DNA from: Salisapilia sapeloensis CBS 127946
Taxonomy: Eukaryota > Protista > Oomycota
Length of the DNA: 64,000 nucleotides
Direction: 5' to 3'
NCBI GenBank assembly: GCA_023334545.1
Contig: JAADVB010000086.1
Coordinates: 1 to 64,000, forward strand
In this document: positions 25,734 to 37,598 of the stretch, piece after piece
How positions within the stretch are numbered: position 1 is the first letter of the stretch
Layout of the letters: every line of letters begins with the position of its first letter
Position numbers and translations under genes: made by a program
Notes under the pieces: generated by a model
What the model was told of the DNA's origin: nothing
What the model saw: only the letters and a program-made list of their open reading frames with translations
Databases searched by the model: none

Positions 25734-27414
25734 CTATCCATGGCTCTTCATCTTCCGTGGCTTCTCTCCACGAGTGAACTGGAGCGTACCAAGCACCCAA
25801 TCGACGATATAAAGGTGCAGGAGCATGTTGACATGATCCTTATAGTACATCACAGACCCCCAAACGGACGTATCGACTTCATCGCCTGTTGGTTCATAAT
25901 ACCTGGCGTGGCCTTCCACGGCGTATTTGCCCATGATAGCAAATCGCTCTCGTGTCGTTCCACCGAGCTCTTTGTTAATGGCTCGTATCATGTTATTCGT
26001 CTTAAAAATGAAAAGCATATCTCTTGGGAGCATCTTTAGAAACTCTGACACATCTCCACGCTGGACTTGACTCAGCTCTTCCTGCATCTTCGTCCGTTCT
26101 TCCTCATTCATGGAAGTCCCGAGTGGCGCGTTGCTATCAGCTCCTCTGTACGTGAGGATGAGAGGAAGGTACTTTGTAAACGCACCGATGCCTAGGCGTT
26201 GTCCACATTCTTCTAGCAGGTTCGTATCTCGTAGCAGGAGTGCTCTCCATAGGTCGCAGTAGGCGCGTCGGAAGTCTTCATCGAGTTCTCGATAGAGACC
26301 ATGATCGAGGAGCACGAGCTGTTCTTTACACGCAGCCTTTGGGTCTGGATTCTTACGCACAAAGATGTTTCCAGGGTGTGGGTCACAGTGGACGAAGCCG
26401 GAGCAAAAGATCATGTCAGAGAAGACTTGGCACAGACGAGTGGCAACGTCAGGAGGAGACAGTCCCAATTGCTTCATCGCCTCGATGTCCGAGATCTTGG
26501 GAGCATCAATGTACTCCATCGTCAAGATGCGTTTGGAGCTTAGTTCGTCATATACTTGAGGCACATAGACATACGATAGATGCTGTAATAACGATTGGAT
26601 ACGTCGACTATTCCTCTTTTCCGTACGAAAGTCAAACTCTTGCATGAGTGCTTTTTCAAACTCTGGCATGAGCCACACGACCTTTAGATCCGGGTAAAAG
26701 TATTCACTCACACGTGCTGCTAGATGCATGACTTTTAAATCACCACCGACTTGAGATGCCAAGTGCGGGTATTGGATTTTGACAGCGACTTGTCGACCTT
26801 GGAAGTCCACGGCTCGATGGACTTGAGCTAATGACGCAGCAGCGAGTGGCTTGGTTTCAAACTCTCGGAAGAAGACATCCCATGGGCCTCCTAGATCCTC
26901 CTCTAGCGTCCTGGAAGCTACTTCGAAAGACACTTCCTGCACACACGTGATCAGCACATTCTTTCTCTATCATTTCGCTCGGTAGCTCTACCTGTGCTTT
27001 ATCCTGTAGCTGCGCCATGACATCCGTCACTTCCTTCGGCAGGCCGTGGTTCATGGTCGCGAGCTGCTGCCCGAATTTCGTGTAGATGCCGCCGTTCGCC
27101 TTGCAAAGCGTATAGAGTCGCTGGGCGATACGGAAGCTCAGTCGATGTAGCTCTTCGCGATATTCTGGTGTTCCACGCTCTAGCGGTCGCAAGTTCTTCT
27201 TTATGTCGTACATGACGCGTCCGCCGGCGATAAAGACGCGAGCGCATCGTGAGATCGAGTGGCTACTTGCGAACAGGAAGTAGAGTAAGCTGAGGACTAG
27301 TGACAGGATCAAGACGACGTGACTATACTCGTGGGTTTCGTCATAGGCGTAGACACCTGCGGCAGTCGCAGAGAGACCTAGAGCGGCCTGAAAGGAGCGT
27401 CGGAAGCGGAGCAT
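25734..27414 (-). CDS. ADCK1: ABC1/ADCK1-like atypical kinase
   Basis: NGGIYTKFGQ, PLAAASLAQVH, VAVKIQYP, EFDFRTE, FVHCDPHPGN, LLDHGLY. Confidence 0.9.
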
Positions 27415-27489
27415 GGTCTAGTACACTCGAAAGTGTCTACTACTGTCCTCGGAATGCTTGTAGCATACAAACTCCAAGTCAATTGCACG

Positions 27490-28122
27490 ATGGAATGGTT
27501 ATTCGGAGCCAAGGAGGACACGAGCGTGAAGCTGAGTAAAAGCAGCAATCAAGGTCGAAGCGCACCGGAAGTAGCAGATGATTCGGTTCATAAAGCTCGC
27601 GGGAATGAGTTCTTTCGTCAGAAAGAGTATGCCGACGCGATAGAAGAGTACACGCTCGGCATTGCGATCTGTCCGACAGCGACGCTATATAGCAATCGAT
27701 CCGTAGTTTCTAAGTCTAAGCTAGTGCTAGGGAATAGCTCGAGTAATAGAGACGTATGTAGGCTGCTCATTGCGCCATTGACAACTTCCGACAAGCTCGA
27801 AAGGATGCCGATGAGGCCATTAAGCTCGATCCGACTTGGGCCAAGACGTACTCTCGTAAAGGCAAAGCGCTGTACGGCATGCAAAGCTACAAGCAGGCAG
27901 CAGACGCGTATGCTAAGGCCTTGGAGCTGAGTCTCCAAGGTGCCAAAGGCGACGCTGCCCGACGTGACGCAGAGCTCCAGTACGCTACATCCTTCCTCCT
28001 CCTCTCATGTGTCTAACTTTTCATCACAGAGCATTGGAGCGTCAGACGCAGAACCAGTCGGATGCATACCTACGTCTATTGGAGGAGAACAAGCAGCTAC
28101 AGCGACAGGTAGAGGACTATGA
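27490..28122 (+). CDS. Small TPR protein (STI1/SGT-like TPR triplet)
   Basis: KARGNEFFRQKEYADAIEEYTLGI...LYSNRS, spliced to AIKLDPTWAKTYSRKGKALYGMQSYKQAADAY; 3' end uncertain. Confidence 0.7.
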
Positions 28123-28220
28123 GCATCTATTTGGTGACTGGAGCAAGAAGGAATTGTAACTCGTACGGACATGAGCATCGTTCATAATGTTATTTCGCCC
28201 TACTTGCATGTACTCTTTTT

Positions 28221-30630
28221 TTACGCTGGTGGAGAAAACTCTTCTTCTTGGAAAAGGATACTACCATAGGACCTTTGCGACGATGCTTGTGCGTCTCGAA
28301 GGAGGTATTCATGGATGAAACTGAGGAACCGAAGCGCGTACTCTGCAGGTGGCAACGCTGTGATCTTGTGTTTATCAAGGAAAGAGCTGAGGAATAAGTG
28401 CTGGAGCTTCCATCCAAGATTGTAGCTCTGTAGAATATCGACAAAGCCGAGGTAGTAGACACACGTCTTATCCGTCGAGACGACAGCGTTATGTGCAAGG
28501 TTGTCAAGTGTCTCGGAGTCGACTGGGTTCTTATGACGTCGGATACCTAGTAGACAGCTATAGTCCATGATGCCTAGTTCCTGTAGGAATCCACAGTCGC
28601 TCGTGAGCTGCGCGAGGAGGTTGGCTCTCGTCGCAGAGTTCACATGCAACGCAGCTCGTTGCGAGACAAAGTCCGTGTCGTAGCGTAGCGACGTCCGAGA
28701 CCTCGTTCGTAAGAGCGGTTGGTCTTCTGTGAGGATCTGAATCGGCGACTGCATCTGCCTCTCCTCCTCTTCCTCCTCATGCGAGTACGGTTGAGACGCA
28801 GGAGATTGACGTTGGTAGAGTCGACTGCTGCTCGATGGTGGAGTCGAAGCAGCGGCAAGCGCGTCATTGAAGCGAGAGAAGTTGGACTGATGGAAGACAC
28901 CTTTGAGGTCATATCGTTCATCCACTGGTCCGTCGGGAAAGACGTTTTCCATGACGACGAAAAACATTTTATTCCATCCGACTGGAAGTTGCATGGAATG
29001 ACAGCCGAGGAAGCGACAGAGCAACGTATTGGGTTCACGTAAGACATATTGATGATACAGAGGTAGGATCTTGAGCAGGAACGAATGCTCTTTCTTCGTC
29101 ATCGTCTTGACAAGGTACTTGCGATCACTAGTAAAGTAGAAGAGCATGCCAGACTTGCCTTCCGATGCTCGTTCTAGTAATGTATCGGCAAAGGACTGTT
29201 CGTAGCGAGCATTGTCGATGCCACACACTTCGCGCAAGTTGTGGAAGATCTTGGGCGCGTAGTCTGTAAAGCCGAGTTTCTCATAGTACCGATACTCGCC
29301 ATTGTACACGGTCGTCGCTAGTCGTTTCTTCTCGTGATAGAGTCCCGTCGAATCCGTGTCTTCCATGTGGAGAAGAGATAATGCTGCAGCGACATTTCGA
29401 TCGACAGAGCCATGGCGAGAGTTTCGTAGTAAGGGAGAGCGGAGACTACTGTCATCTGGAATGTCCTTGAGACTACTCCGGATGCCTGCAGTCGTGTATC
29501 GCATCAGGTCCTTGCGTAAGGCTGTGCTAAAGTGTTCCGTCTTGCTTAAAGCTTCCGAGTCTCTCTCGGCACTCGTGAGCGTGTTCTCTCGCTGTCGATT
29601 CTGATACATCTCGGTGTTGACGACCCAGACGAGGAAGAGGAAGAGTGGATAGCTGCCAAAGACGATGGTGAGTGCCACGAGACACTCGTGTGCAAGGCGT
29701 CCTTGGAAGTTGTTCCGGTAGCTAGAGTAGTACAGAGCTCCGCAGGCCGTCCAGTAGCCAGTGTAGACGAACCAGTAGCGATAGTACTGCAGCAGGTTTC
29801 GGCGTTTCGCTCGATACGTGACGTCGAGCTGTCGACGAGCGAAACGGAAGGTGGCGAAGAGGAGGACGGCGAGGGAGACGGTGCAGATGGTGCAGATGGC
29901 GCCGTATAAGAGGACCCAGTTGGCGCGATTGATCTCATGGGCTTCTGGTGTGCGTCTTACCCAGCAGACGTTGAGGACGGAGAGACCGTAGATGTCGACT
30001 CGGTAGATGATGAGAGCTGACGCGGCACTGACGCTCCATACGCTATGGGGTATACGAGTTAGGAGGATGGGTGTAGAGGAGATAGAGTGGATCGTACATA
30101 GTGTGGTAGGCCCATGCTTTGCACGAGTAGCCCATCCATGGATTGACGAGCGCCACGAGGAGGTCGAGTGTCAGCATCAAGTACCATGCACTACTGGCGA
30201 GCATGAAGAACTAGAGTATAGGATGAGAATGTGTTGTGTTCGAACAAGCTAGATGGCGTACCTGATTATAGGAAGAGAGGAAGAAGCATTGATCAGATAA
30301 TGCTGCTCTCGACATGTTCTGTTATTATAATCACCCCATGCGTTATACGTGTATTAGCAAAGGAGCCAGGTAGATGCAGGAAAAGTAGAAAGGTACCTGT
30401 ACAGCAAACGAGACGACAAGGCCTAAATTGGCCATGAAACCGCAGCCAGCATGCCAGACGATGAGGTCAGCTGCCGGGTGCTGGGCTTTGATATTCGCGA
30501 CGAAAAAGTAGGAGAAGAGGAGAGCTCCATAGGCAAGTACCCCCAAGGCCCCGACAAGTGATAGTATCTCGGCCGAGAGTGGGAGTGACAGCTGCGCCGA
30601 GTACTCGTCGTCTGACTCGACTATCTCCAT
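28221..30630 (-). CDS. GPCR-PIP kinase fusion (7TM + phosphatidylinositol phosphate kinase)
   Basis: TM exons from MEIVESDD (ATG 30630; HPAADLIVW, YNQFFMLASSAW) spliced into ORF 28221-29678 with DYAPKIFHNLR, SEGKSGMLFYFTSDRKYLVKT, YDLKG, MDYSCLLG, GFVDILQ. Confidence 0.88.
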
Positions 30631-30731
30631 CCTGCCTCGTTTATCTTTAGCTGCGGCAGTATACAAACTCGTAGAGTACGACTCAAACATCGCTAAGAAA
30701 AGAAAAGCGAAGAAAAGACATCGTGTTCGAT

Positions 30732-32536
30732 TTACATGGCTAAAGGGGCGCCGGCGTTGCGGTTGAGGAGGCTAAAGGTGAACGAATCCATGATGCCCAT
30801 GATCGTGAAGATGCCACCGACGATAGCACAGACGCTCGTGAGGAATTGGACGAAACCGGCGCGATATTGCTCGATGCGGAACATGATGGGGGAAAACGAG
30901 TACGAGAAGGAGACCACTGCGTGGAGTGTTAGTATGAATAGAAGAGGTAGAGTAGATCACTCTTACTTGGTAGCCCACTTCCGCTCACAGGGGTGCGCTC
31001 TTGGAAGAGCTCTGTCGCAGAGAATTGGTTCGTCGCGATACTGTCCGAGTTCAAGTACTTGTACTCGGTCGGTACGATCTACTCCTGTCGTCAGGAGGTA
31101 ATAGTAGATAGGAGTTCTTTTACATACGTTTAAGAAGTACTGGTAGGTGCCACGGTCGACGCCTTGGAGTGACTTGACTCGTCCATCAAGTGGGTTTTCC
31201 ATCTCCTACGTCGCGATCGTTAGCGTAGGATCAAACGGAGAACAAGATTAGCAGGTACAGGATAGAGATCGCCAAATGCGAGTTGGTTGATGGCGTGGGA
31301 TGTGTCAAAGACCTGGAAGGTCGCGTCTAACGCATCTTTCTCGGACAAGTAGCCGTTGTTAAAGTACTTGGATGGGGCAAAGAAGAACTTGCCAGATGCC
31401 TATACGATAGTTAGGTGGCTGGCGGGATGGCTGTGGATGTAAGAGTCTACCTTGGTGACGACTAGTTCGCCTTGGATACGACAGCCTTCCACCAATTCGC
31501 CACGCAGCAGCTTTTCCACTGCGACCTCTTGGCACTAGACAGAGGAGATAGTATCGATCGGATGGAAGAGGATAGAGAGAAAGGTACTTGACTGAGAGAG
31601 TGGAGACTCGGGAGACGCCATCCTTTGGTTCGATACGCACTCTTGACTTCCTCACATGTATTGCAGCACTATCCTCGTCTGTTAGTATCCTTCTCTTCCT
31701 TTCGTTCTTAGATGTCGTACTTTGTCGGCAGGAGCAGCGCCGTAGCAGTCTCCACATTCAGGTCTAATAGAAAAGGGTTGAGATGGAAGGAACTGGGAGG
31801 TAGAGTAGTAAGACAGACTTTTGCATGCCATTTGTGCCGTCCAAGTCCGTGTGGTTCGTGAGAGCTCCTCCGATCTATCCGGTGCTTAGACGTGGTGTTA
31901 GAAGAGGATGGAGGTATGGAGTACCATGTCTTTAGTGGCTTGAGAGACCTCGGCACCCTTTTCATCCAGCCAAATTTTCTCAATCTTGTGCTCAATATCG
32001 TGCTATCATCAGATGAGCTACAGGAGCAGAGGTACAGGAGGTAGATCACTTACATGAGCTTCTCCAGACGCGTCTTCAGACTCGACTGCTACCACAGCAC
32101 ATGGCATTCTATGGTAGCACAGAGTTATGTGGATACGATTGAAGTGTAGAATGTAGGGAGGAGACCTTGGGAAGGTAACGTCAAAGTTGATTCGAACCAT
32201 CGTATTCCTGCCTCCATCGACCATCATCTTATCCACTGTATCCTGCCGGCATTCATCAATACCACTACTCCTCTATACTCTATACAAACACAGGTACCGT
32301 AGATAGGTAGTAGGATAGCTCTGAGATGAGTAGGATCGTGATAAAGGCAAAAGCCAAGACCGAGACTGTGCATACGCGTCAGCATCCGACGGATATATCC
32401 ACATGAGAACGATTTGCATGCATTTTTCTTGTTAAAAATTGTACGTACAGAATCCTCCTTGCATCGTACGCACTTTAAACTCATCAATCGTCTTGGGATA
32501 CGCATCCATGCCCTTCAGAGCACCGAGGAGCGCCAT
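30732..32536 (-). CDS. ERGIC3: ER-Golgi intermediate compartment protein 3 / Erv46 (intron-rich)
   Basis: MALLGALKGMDAYPKTIDEFKVRT, INFDVTFPR-MPC, NPLDG, TYQYFL, FSYSFSPIM, FLTSVCAIVGGIFTI. Confidence 0.9.
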
Positions 32537-32604
32537 CACGACTTAATGTCCGAGTTTCGTGTCGAAAATGGCAGTTTGTGGAAACAACGAATTCGACATC
32601 GAAA

Positions 32605-33759
32605 ATGACTTGGGCCATCCGCCGTGGTACTCGTCTACTTCGCCCGTCGTATGGATGTATTCGGCATTCATCGAGCATACCAGTGGTACAGACATTGACG
32701 CCATTGGCTTCACCATTGCTCATGCGGATGCATCCGGATCGAGTGCAACACCATTCGATCGAAATGGCCGAGACCAATGAACTCGCGATTAAAGAGCTCA
32801 ATGCATTCCTTGCGATGGCTCGTGACGGATGTGCCCATCGTGCCATCCCGTTGCAAAATCGTGTTCGAGAAGAGCTAGAGGCTCGACGCAAGCCTTATCC
32901 GAAGAACAGTGGCGCAACGCCACTTAGCTTTGATCTTGATTTTCATGTCGAACCGACATCGGACGCTCTTCACTACACGATCCAAGTCCCAGAGACTTTG
33001 GTGCGTAGAGCATTGTTTAATGATGAAATGACCGACAATACCAATCTTGATCATGGCATCTTAAACGTATCAAGTCCACTCGCACGTGCGTGGCAGCATT
33101 TTACTCAACGCACTTTAAAAGAGCTTTTTGCAGTCGCGAATGTCGAGGTAGAAGGCACTCGATTGGAAGAGTGGATGCTTTCATTCTCTGATCCTGGAGA
33201 CACCAAATCCAGTCGCACGTCCAAAGGCCATAACAAACGACGGATGCAGCAGCATAAAGACTTTGACGATACGTACCACAAGATGTTAATGCGAGAAAAG
33301 AACGTCGTGTATAAATTTACGACAGGTCTCGAGGATGGACCGACGACGCAGCATCAAGTTTTGACGGATTTATTGTCCCAGAGATTGGTGCTTCCGAAGC
33401 TAGAGACGATAGAGGAGAGGAGGGCAGTGTACCGTTGGATCGCCGATCTCTTGCTACTGCATTTCATGGACCTCAAACTCCACAGTTTGGTCTGGAACAA
33501 GGTCACATTGCTTGTGACGACGCAATCTCTCGAGAAACTCGAGGTCGAGTGGGATCGACGTCATCCAGAGCAAGGCATGGGTATCCTCATATCAACCGAG
33601 ATGGACCCAACGACAGTCATCTCGGAGCTATCTCTCCACGTCGAGCGTCTGGATGAAGCTCTTCGTGGCTCCTCGAAACGATCTACCTCTTCTCCAAAGC
33701 AGCACGGGCGTAAAAAGTCTCATTTCTACCAACAAGAGCTAGATAAACTCTTCCAATAA
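32605..33759 (+). CDS. TCAIM/DUF4460-like putative mitochondrial protein
   Basis: Basic N-terminal presequence-like segment; LLMRMHPDRVQHH...NELAIKELNAFL resembles the DUF4460 HPD motif; first ATG at 32605. Confidence 0.55.
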   Translation: MTWAIRRGTRLLRPSYGCIRHSSSIPVVQTLTPLASPLLMRMHPDRVQHHSIEMAETNELAIKELNAFLAMARDGCAHRAIPLQNRVREELEARRKPYPKNSGATPLSFDLDFHVEPTSDALHYTIQVPETLVRRALFNDEMTDNTNLDHGILNVSSPLARAWQHFTQRTLKELFAVANVEVEGTRLEEWMLSFSDPGDTKSSRTSKGHNKRRMQQHKDFDDTYHKMLMREKNVVYKFTTGLEDGPTTQHQVLTDLLSQRLVLPKLETIEERRAVYRWIADLLLLHFMDLKLHSLVWNKVTLLVTTQSLEKLEVEWDRRHPEQGMGILISTEMDPTTVISELSLHVERLDEALRGSSKRSTSSPKQHGRKKSHFYQQELDKLFQ

Positions 33760-33808
33760 CACACTTGTATCTCACGCGTTTATATTCTTCACGACGTTTC
33801 TACTCACT

Positions 33809-35089
33809 CTACGCTTGCTTCTGGTTTAACAAAGCTCCTTCCTGGATGATGTGGGCGCCATCGCCAATGAATGTCAGAAAACTGGCAGGAGGTGGGAGCT
33901 CCTGACCGAGTTCTGGCGGGTACGGAGCATCCAATTTCTTTTGTAGCTCGTCTGCTACTGCTCGACGTAAGAGCACGACGATGCAGCCGCCAAAGCCACC
34001 TCCACTCATGCGAGCGCCATATACGCCTTCGACGCTCCTGGCGCGTCGGACGAGCTCATCCAGCTCTGGCGTACTGACTTCGTAGTCGTCACGGAGAGAG
34101 TAGTGACTGTCGTACATGAGCTGTCCCACCTTGGCGTACTCCTTGTTCGCTAGGAGTTTGACCGTCTGGGTCACTCGATCATCCTCTGCAATGGCATGAC
34201 GAGCACGTCGGTAGGTTACATCCGACAAGTCCGACTTGATGCTTTCGAGCTGCTCGAGCGATGCATCTCGTAGCGCCTTGATGCCTGGATACTTCTTCTG
34301 GAGCGCACTCACAGCCTCTTTGCACTGCTCTACTCTGGACGCATATCCGCCCCCACTGTGCGTGTGAGTCACGTTGGAATTGCATACGACAATAGTGGTG
34401 TCTTCGTCTTCGACCGTGACGCGCTGCTTTTCATACGACCGACAGTCGATGAGCAAAGCGCATTGGCCTTCGCCACAGGAAGAGATGAACTGATCCATGA
34501 TGCCACATGGCGTATTGCAATACTCGTGCTCAGAGCGTTGGCAGAAGAGTGCCTTTTGCGTCGGCGTTACGTCGGAAATGTTAAATGCAGCTTCGAGGAA
34601 GGTTGCGTAGCTGACTTCGAGCGCCGCGGAGCTGCTGAGTCCACTCCCAGCCGGGACGCGGCTCACGATGGCAGCTCGGACGTTCATGTTTGAAAGTTTC
34701 GTGTGCTGGAGGTACATGGCAGCAACGCCACGGATATAGTTTTGCCACGTATGCTGCGGCGTGGGCGCTATGCGTTCGATGTCGGCATAGAACTCGGCAT
34801 GAGGATAGTCGCCGGACACGACGTGAGACGGTTCCCCGGCAGGACTACGTACACCGACGACAACAGTGGGCTTATCCAATGCAAGAGGTAGGACGAATCC
34901 ATCGTTGTAGTCGGTGTGGTCTCCGATCAGGTTGACACGACCAGGCGCCGTTGCGATGACCAAGTCCGACCGTGGGACGTTGGCTTCCGACGGGAAGGAC
35001 TTGTAGAAGAGACGAACGGCTTCTTCCGTGACCTCTTTGACTTTTTCCTGCGCCTCCATGGATGCACTTGTACTGCGGTCTTTCGCCAT
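33809..35089 (-). CDS. GALK1: Galactokinase (intronless)
   Basis: APGRVNLIGDHTDYNDGF, PAGSGLSSSAALE, CGIMDQ, GARMSGGGFGG; ATG at 35089. Confidence 0.95.
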   Translation of the reverse strand: MAKDRSTSASMEAQEKVKEVTEEAVRLFYKSFPSEANVPRSDLVIATAPGRVNLIGDHTDYNDGFVLPLALDKPTVVVGVRSPAGEPSHVVSGDYPHAEFYADIERIAPTPQHTWQNYIRGVAAMYLQHTKLSNMNVRAAIVSRVPAGSGLSSSAALEVSYATFLEAAFNISDVTPTQKALFCQRSEHEYCNTPCGIMDQFISSCGEGQCALLIDCRSYEKQRVTVEDEDTTIVVCNSNVTHTHSGGGYASRVEQCKEAVSALQKKYPGIKALRDASLEQLESIKSDLSDVTYRRARHAIAEDDRVTQTVKLLANKEYAKVGQLMYDSHYSLRDDYEVSTPELDELVRRARSVEGVYGARMSGGGFGGCIVVLLRRAVADELQKKLDAPYPPELGQELPPPASFLTFIGDGAHIIQEGALLNQKQA

Positions 35090-35546
35090 CGTCGAAATTA
35101 TGAGAATGGAAGATCGAGTGCTCCAGTCGCTGACGCATCTGTGTTGAAGTTCAGAGTCGGGGGTTTCTGATAATTCGTGTTTGAAGGTGGCGGAAAAGGA
35201 GCACTGGTGCATGTGAATTTGATTTAAGAAAATGACCTTTGTCTGCTGCGTATGTGCAGAGCAATATGTATGGAATGTGCAGGTTGCTGGTAGGATAGAG
35301 GAAGAGGTTGGCGAGGGGGAAGGAGGTGGACTTGAGGTCCGATCCAAGCTAGGGTTGGGTGGTTGAACTTCCTTGGCTTCTGAACTTCAAACACTTCTGC
35401 CACGATAAGCGATGATGACGATGTAAAGAAGCGACGCAACCGTCTATCTGTTGGCAGATAGTGCACATGCGCGTACTGAAGAGTGGCGACGCGCGATGGC
35501 AGACTTATACGCTTGCAGGTCTTTTGTCTAGGTTTCTACATGTTGT

Positions 35547-35582
35547 GATTGGTGGAAATTTATAAAGACGACATATGATTGG
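35547..35582 (-). promoter_or_regulatory. Two CCAAT boxes ~460 bp upstream of galactokinase
   Basis: GATTGG at 35547-35552 and 35577-35582 (CCAATC on the minus strand). A short motif that could be chance. Confidence 0.25.
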
Positions 35583-35899
35583 TTTAAATAATGTGTCTAA
35601 ACACGAATTTGGACACGAAAAATTGTTTGGCATGGAGATGAAAGACGCTGTCGAGTTCAGTAAATTTACGAGTTATTAGAAAGGAACCGAAGGTATATTT
35701 AGCTGCAAAAGTGCTGCTGGACATAACTTACCGATTGCATAAAACTTTTGCTACTTTAAATCTATATTGTCCAGTGTTAAAAGCTCGATATTGCTTACGA
35801 TGACTGACCTCTATCCAGCACGTGAAAAAGCTGTACGGACTGCGTACATGTCTAAGGAAGTAGATGCTTGCTTTTTTGAAGGAGCGCCTATTATGAAGT

Positions 35900-37310
35900 G
35901 TACTGATATGGTTGAAAGTGTATGCAGCATCGGTACAACCAAAATGTCAAGTTTCAACATCAATTGCTTCGTCACCTTGAGCGTGATCAGGATGACGAAT
36001 ATATGAGCTGCGATAATGTTGTTGGACGCTTTGTGGTCGGTTTTTCCTTCGTCCAATGCAAAATGGCTCGTTACAGTTTCAAATGGATCATGCTTCCTTC
36101 CGTATCACTCATCTAAAGGCCGTGCTCGCGTTAGATCAGTGTTCAGAGAAATTGGGGATTCGCATGTTGTCAGTCTATTTATGAAAATCGAATCCGCAAC
36201 AATTGCGATCGTTGTGAATTGCCGGTTTCGCTTTACCACTGGCCATTAAAAAACCAACGTAACACTTCAATGTAACTTCCACGCCAAACGAGGAGTACAA
36301 AAACAATTGATCGGTGGTGCCAATGGACACGCCGCTTCATACTCTTGGCCTATGTCGACTCTCGAGCTCCATCCTCTGTTGCAATTGATGCTTCCATTGT
36401 CATGCTCACAGCAGCATGATCTGTATGGAAGTTGCAAGATATAGATGAGGTTTTCGGAGCGAAGTAGGCCTAAAACGATATAGCCTTCGATATTTTTCAC
36501 CTCTTTCATCGATTTTAATCAAGCTGATTTAAGAGGCACAGTACAGATCACAGCTCGCACATGCTCATACTCATATTGCATATTTCGCCTCGCGTAATAC
36601 CTAATTGTCCTCACAACGAACACGGCCTTGATTCTTTTTGGTACATTTCTGTCTTGGTCTTCGACGCAATTAGGAGGAACCGATCTTCGAGAAAACTTCA
36701 AGACACGCCTGATGCTCGAAATGTGCAAATTTGAAAAAGCGCGCGAGAGACTCGGTGAGCTCTTCGCTGTTATTTTAAAACATACAAAGTACAGTGGTAG
36801 ACGGAGCAGTTTATCGATATTTGTAAATCACACTGTAGTATGTCCCACTAAAATGTCGAAGAGCTCAATGTTGCAAGTAAATCGAATGCAGCTTCAACCT
36901 AAAGGGCTTCTGAGGATACGCTCGACACCATTCCCCGCCAAGAAATGACAGATGAACGGACGATATACGCGGTTAGGAATGGAAAGGTAGACAGCGGCCT
37001 GAAAGTAGCACGAAATGCCGAAGAAATAGGCATAATACCCATTACAATTCGTCCATGCTTGTTTTCATAATATCGATTACCCGTTGAACGGACACTGCAT
37101 ACAATAGAAGCTGCTCTGATCGAGATAACAATTAGAGCATGGATAATTATGGCTGCACAGAATGATAACTTCTATATCCATTCTTTTATCCTGTTATTAT
37201 CGCTAAAGATTTCGAGGATACTCGAATCAGGCGATTTTAGCTTCCCATCCTTGAATAGTCTGAGCTCAACCGTGCAGGTGGTCGGTAACGAAGCAGCTAA
37301 GCTACTACTC
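35900..37310 (-). pseudogene. Degenerate hydrophobic coding region (copy A) downstream of LRR array A
   Basis: Minus-strand fragments with stops and frameshifts: LSFCAAIIIHALIVISI, VEAAFDLLATL, FEHQACLEVFSKIGSS, YSSFGVEVTLKCY, FVILITLKV; homologous segments at ~40050-41230, ~50180-51500 and 63455-64000. Confidence 0.55.
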
Positions 37311-37598
37311 TAGACTGAAGTTAGCAAAAGAATTGCTTGATACACTTGGATCGAAATGTCATACATCCAATAGGATCGTTTTTACTCTTAAAACGATGTG
37401 CCAAACGCTGCAGCCTTTACTCCTATATGCTAGATTTATATTATTGTATATAGCTGACAGAGTAAAAGCACAAGGCGTTTTGTTTGTGTGGTGTTCTGCG
37501 ACGTATCTGACTTGAATTGGAAGCACTATGCAATGTCGCTCTCGGAGTTAGTTTCTTTAAATTCTCCCGTTTGGATATTACTTTCTTCCCGTTTCTTA

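Noticed and set aside
36657-36979. Repeat shared with 63653-64000 first read as a LINE/RT fragment (FEKARERL; QWWTEQ)
   Set aside because: Motif matches were weak; homology extends colinearly into a four-copy hydrophobic gene relic on the minus strand.
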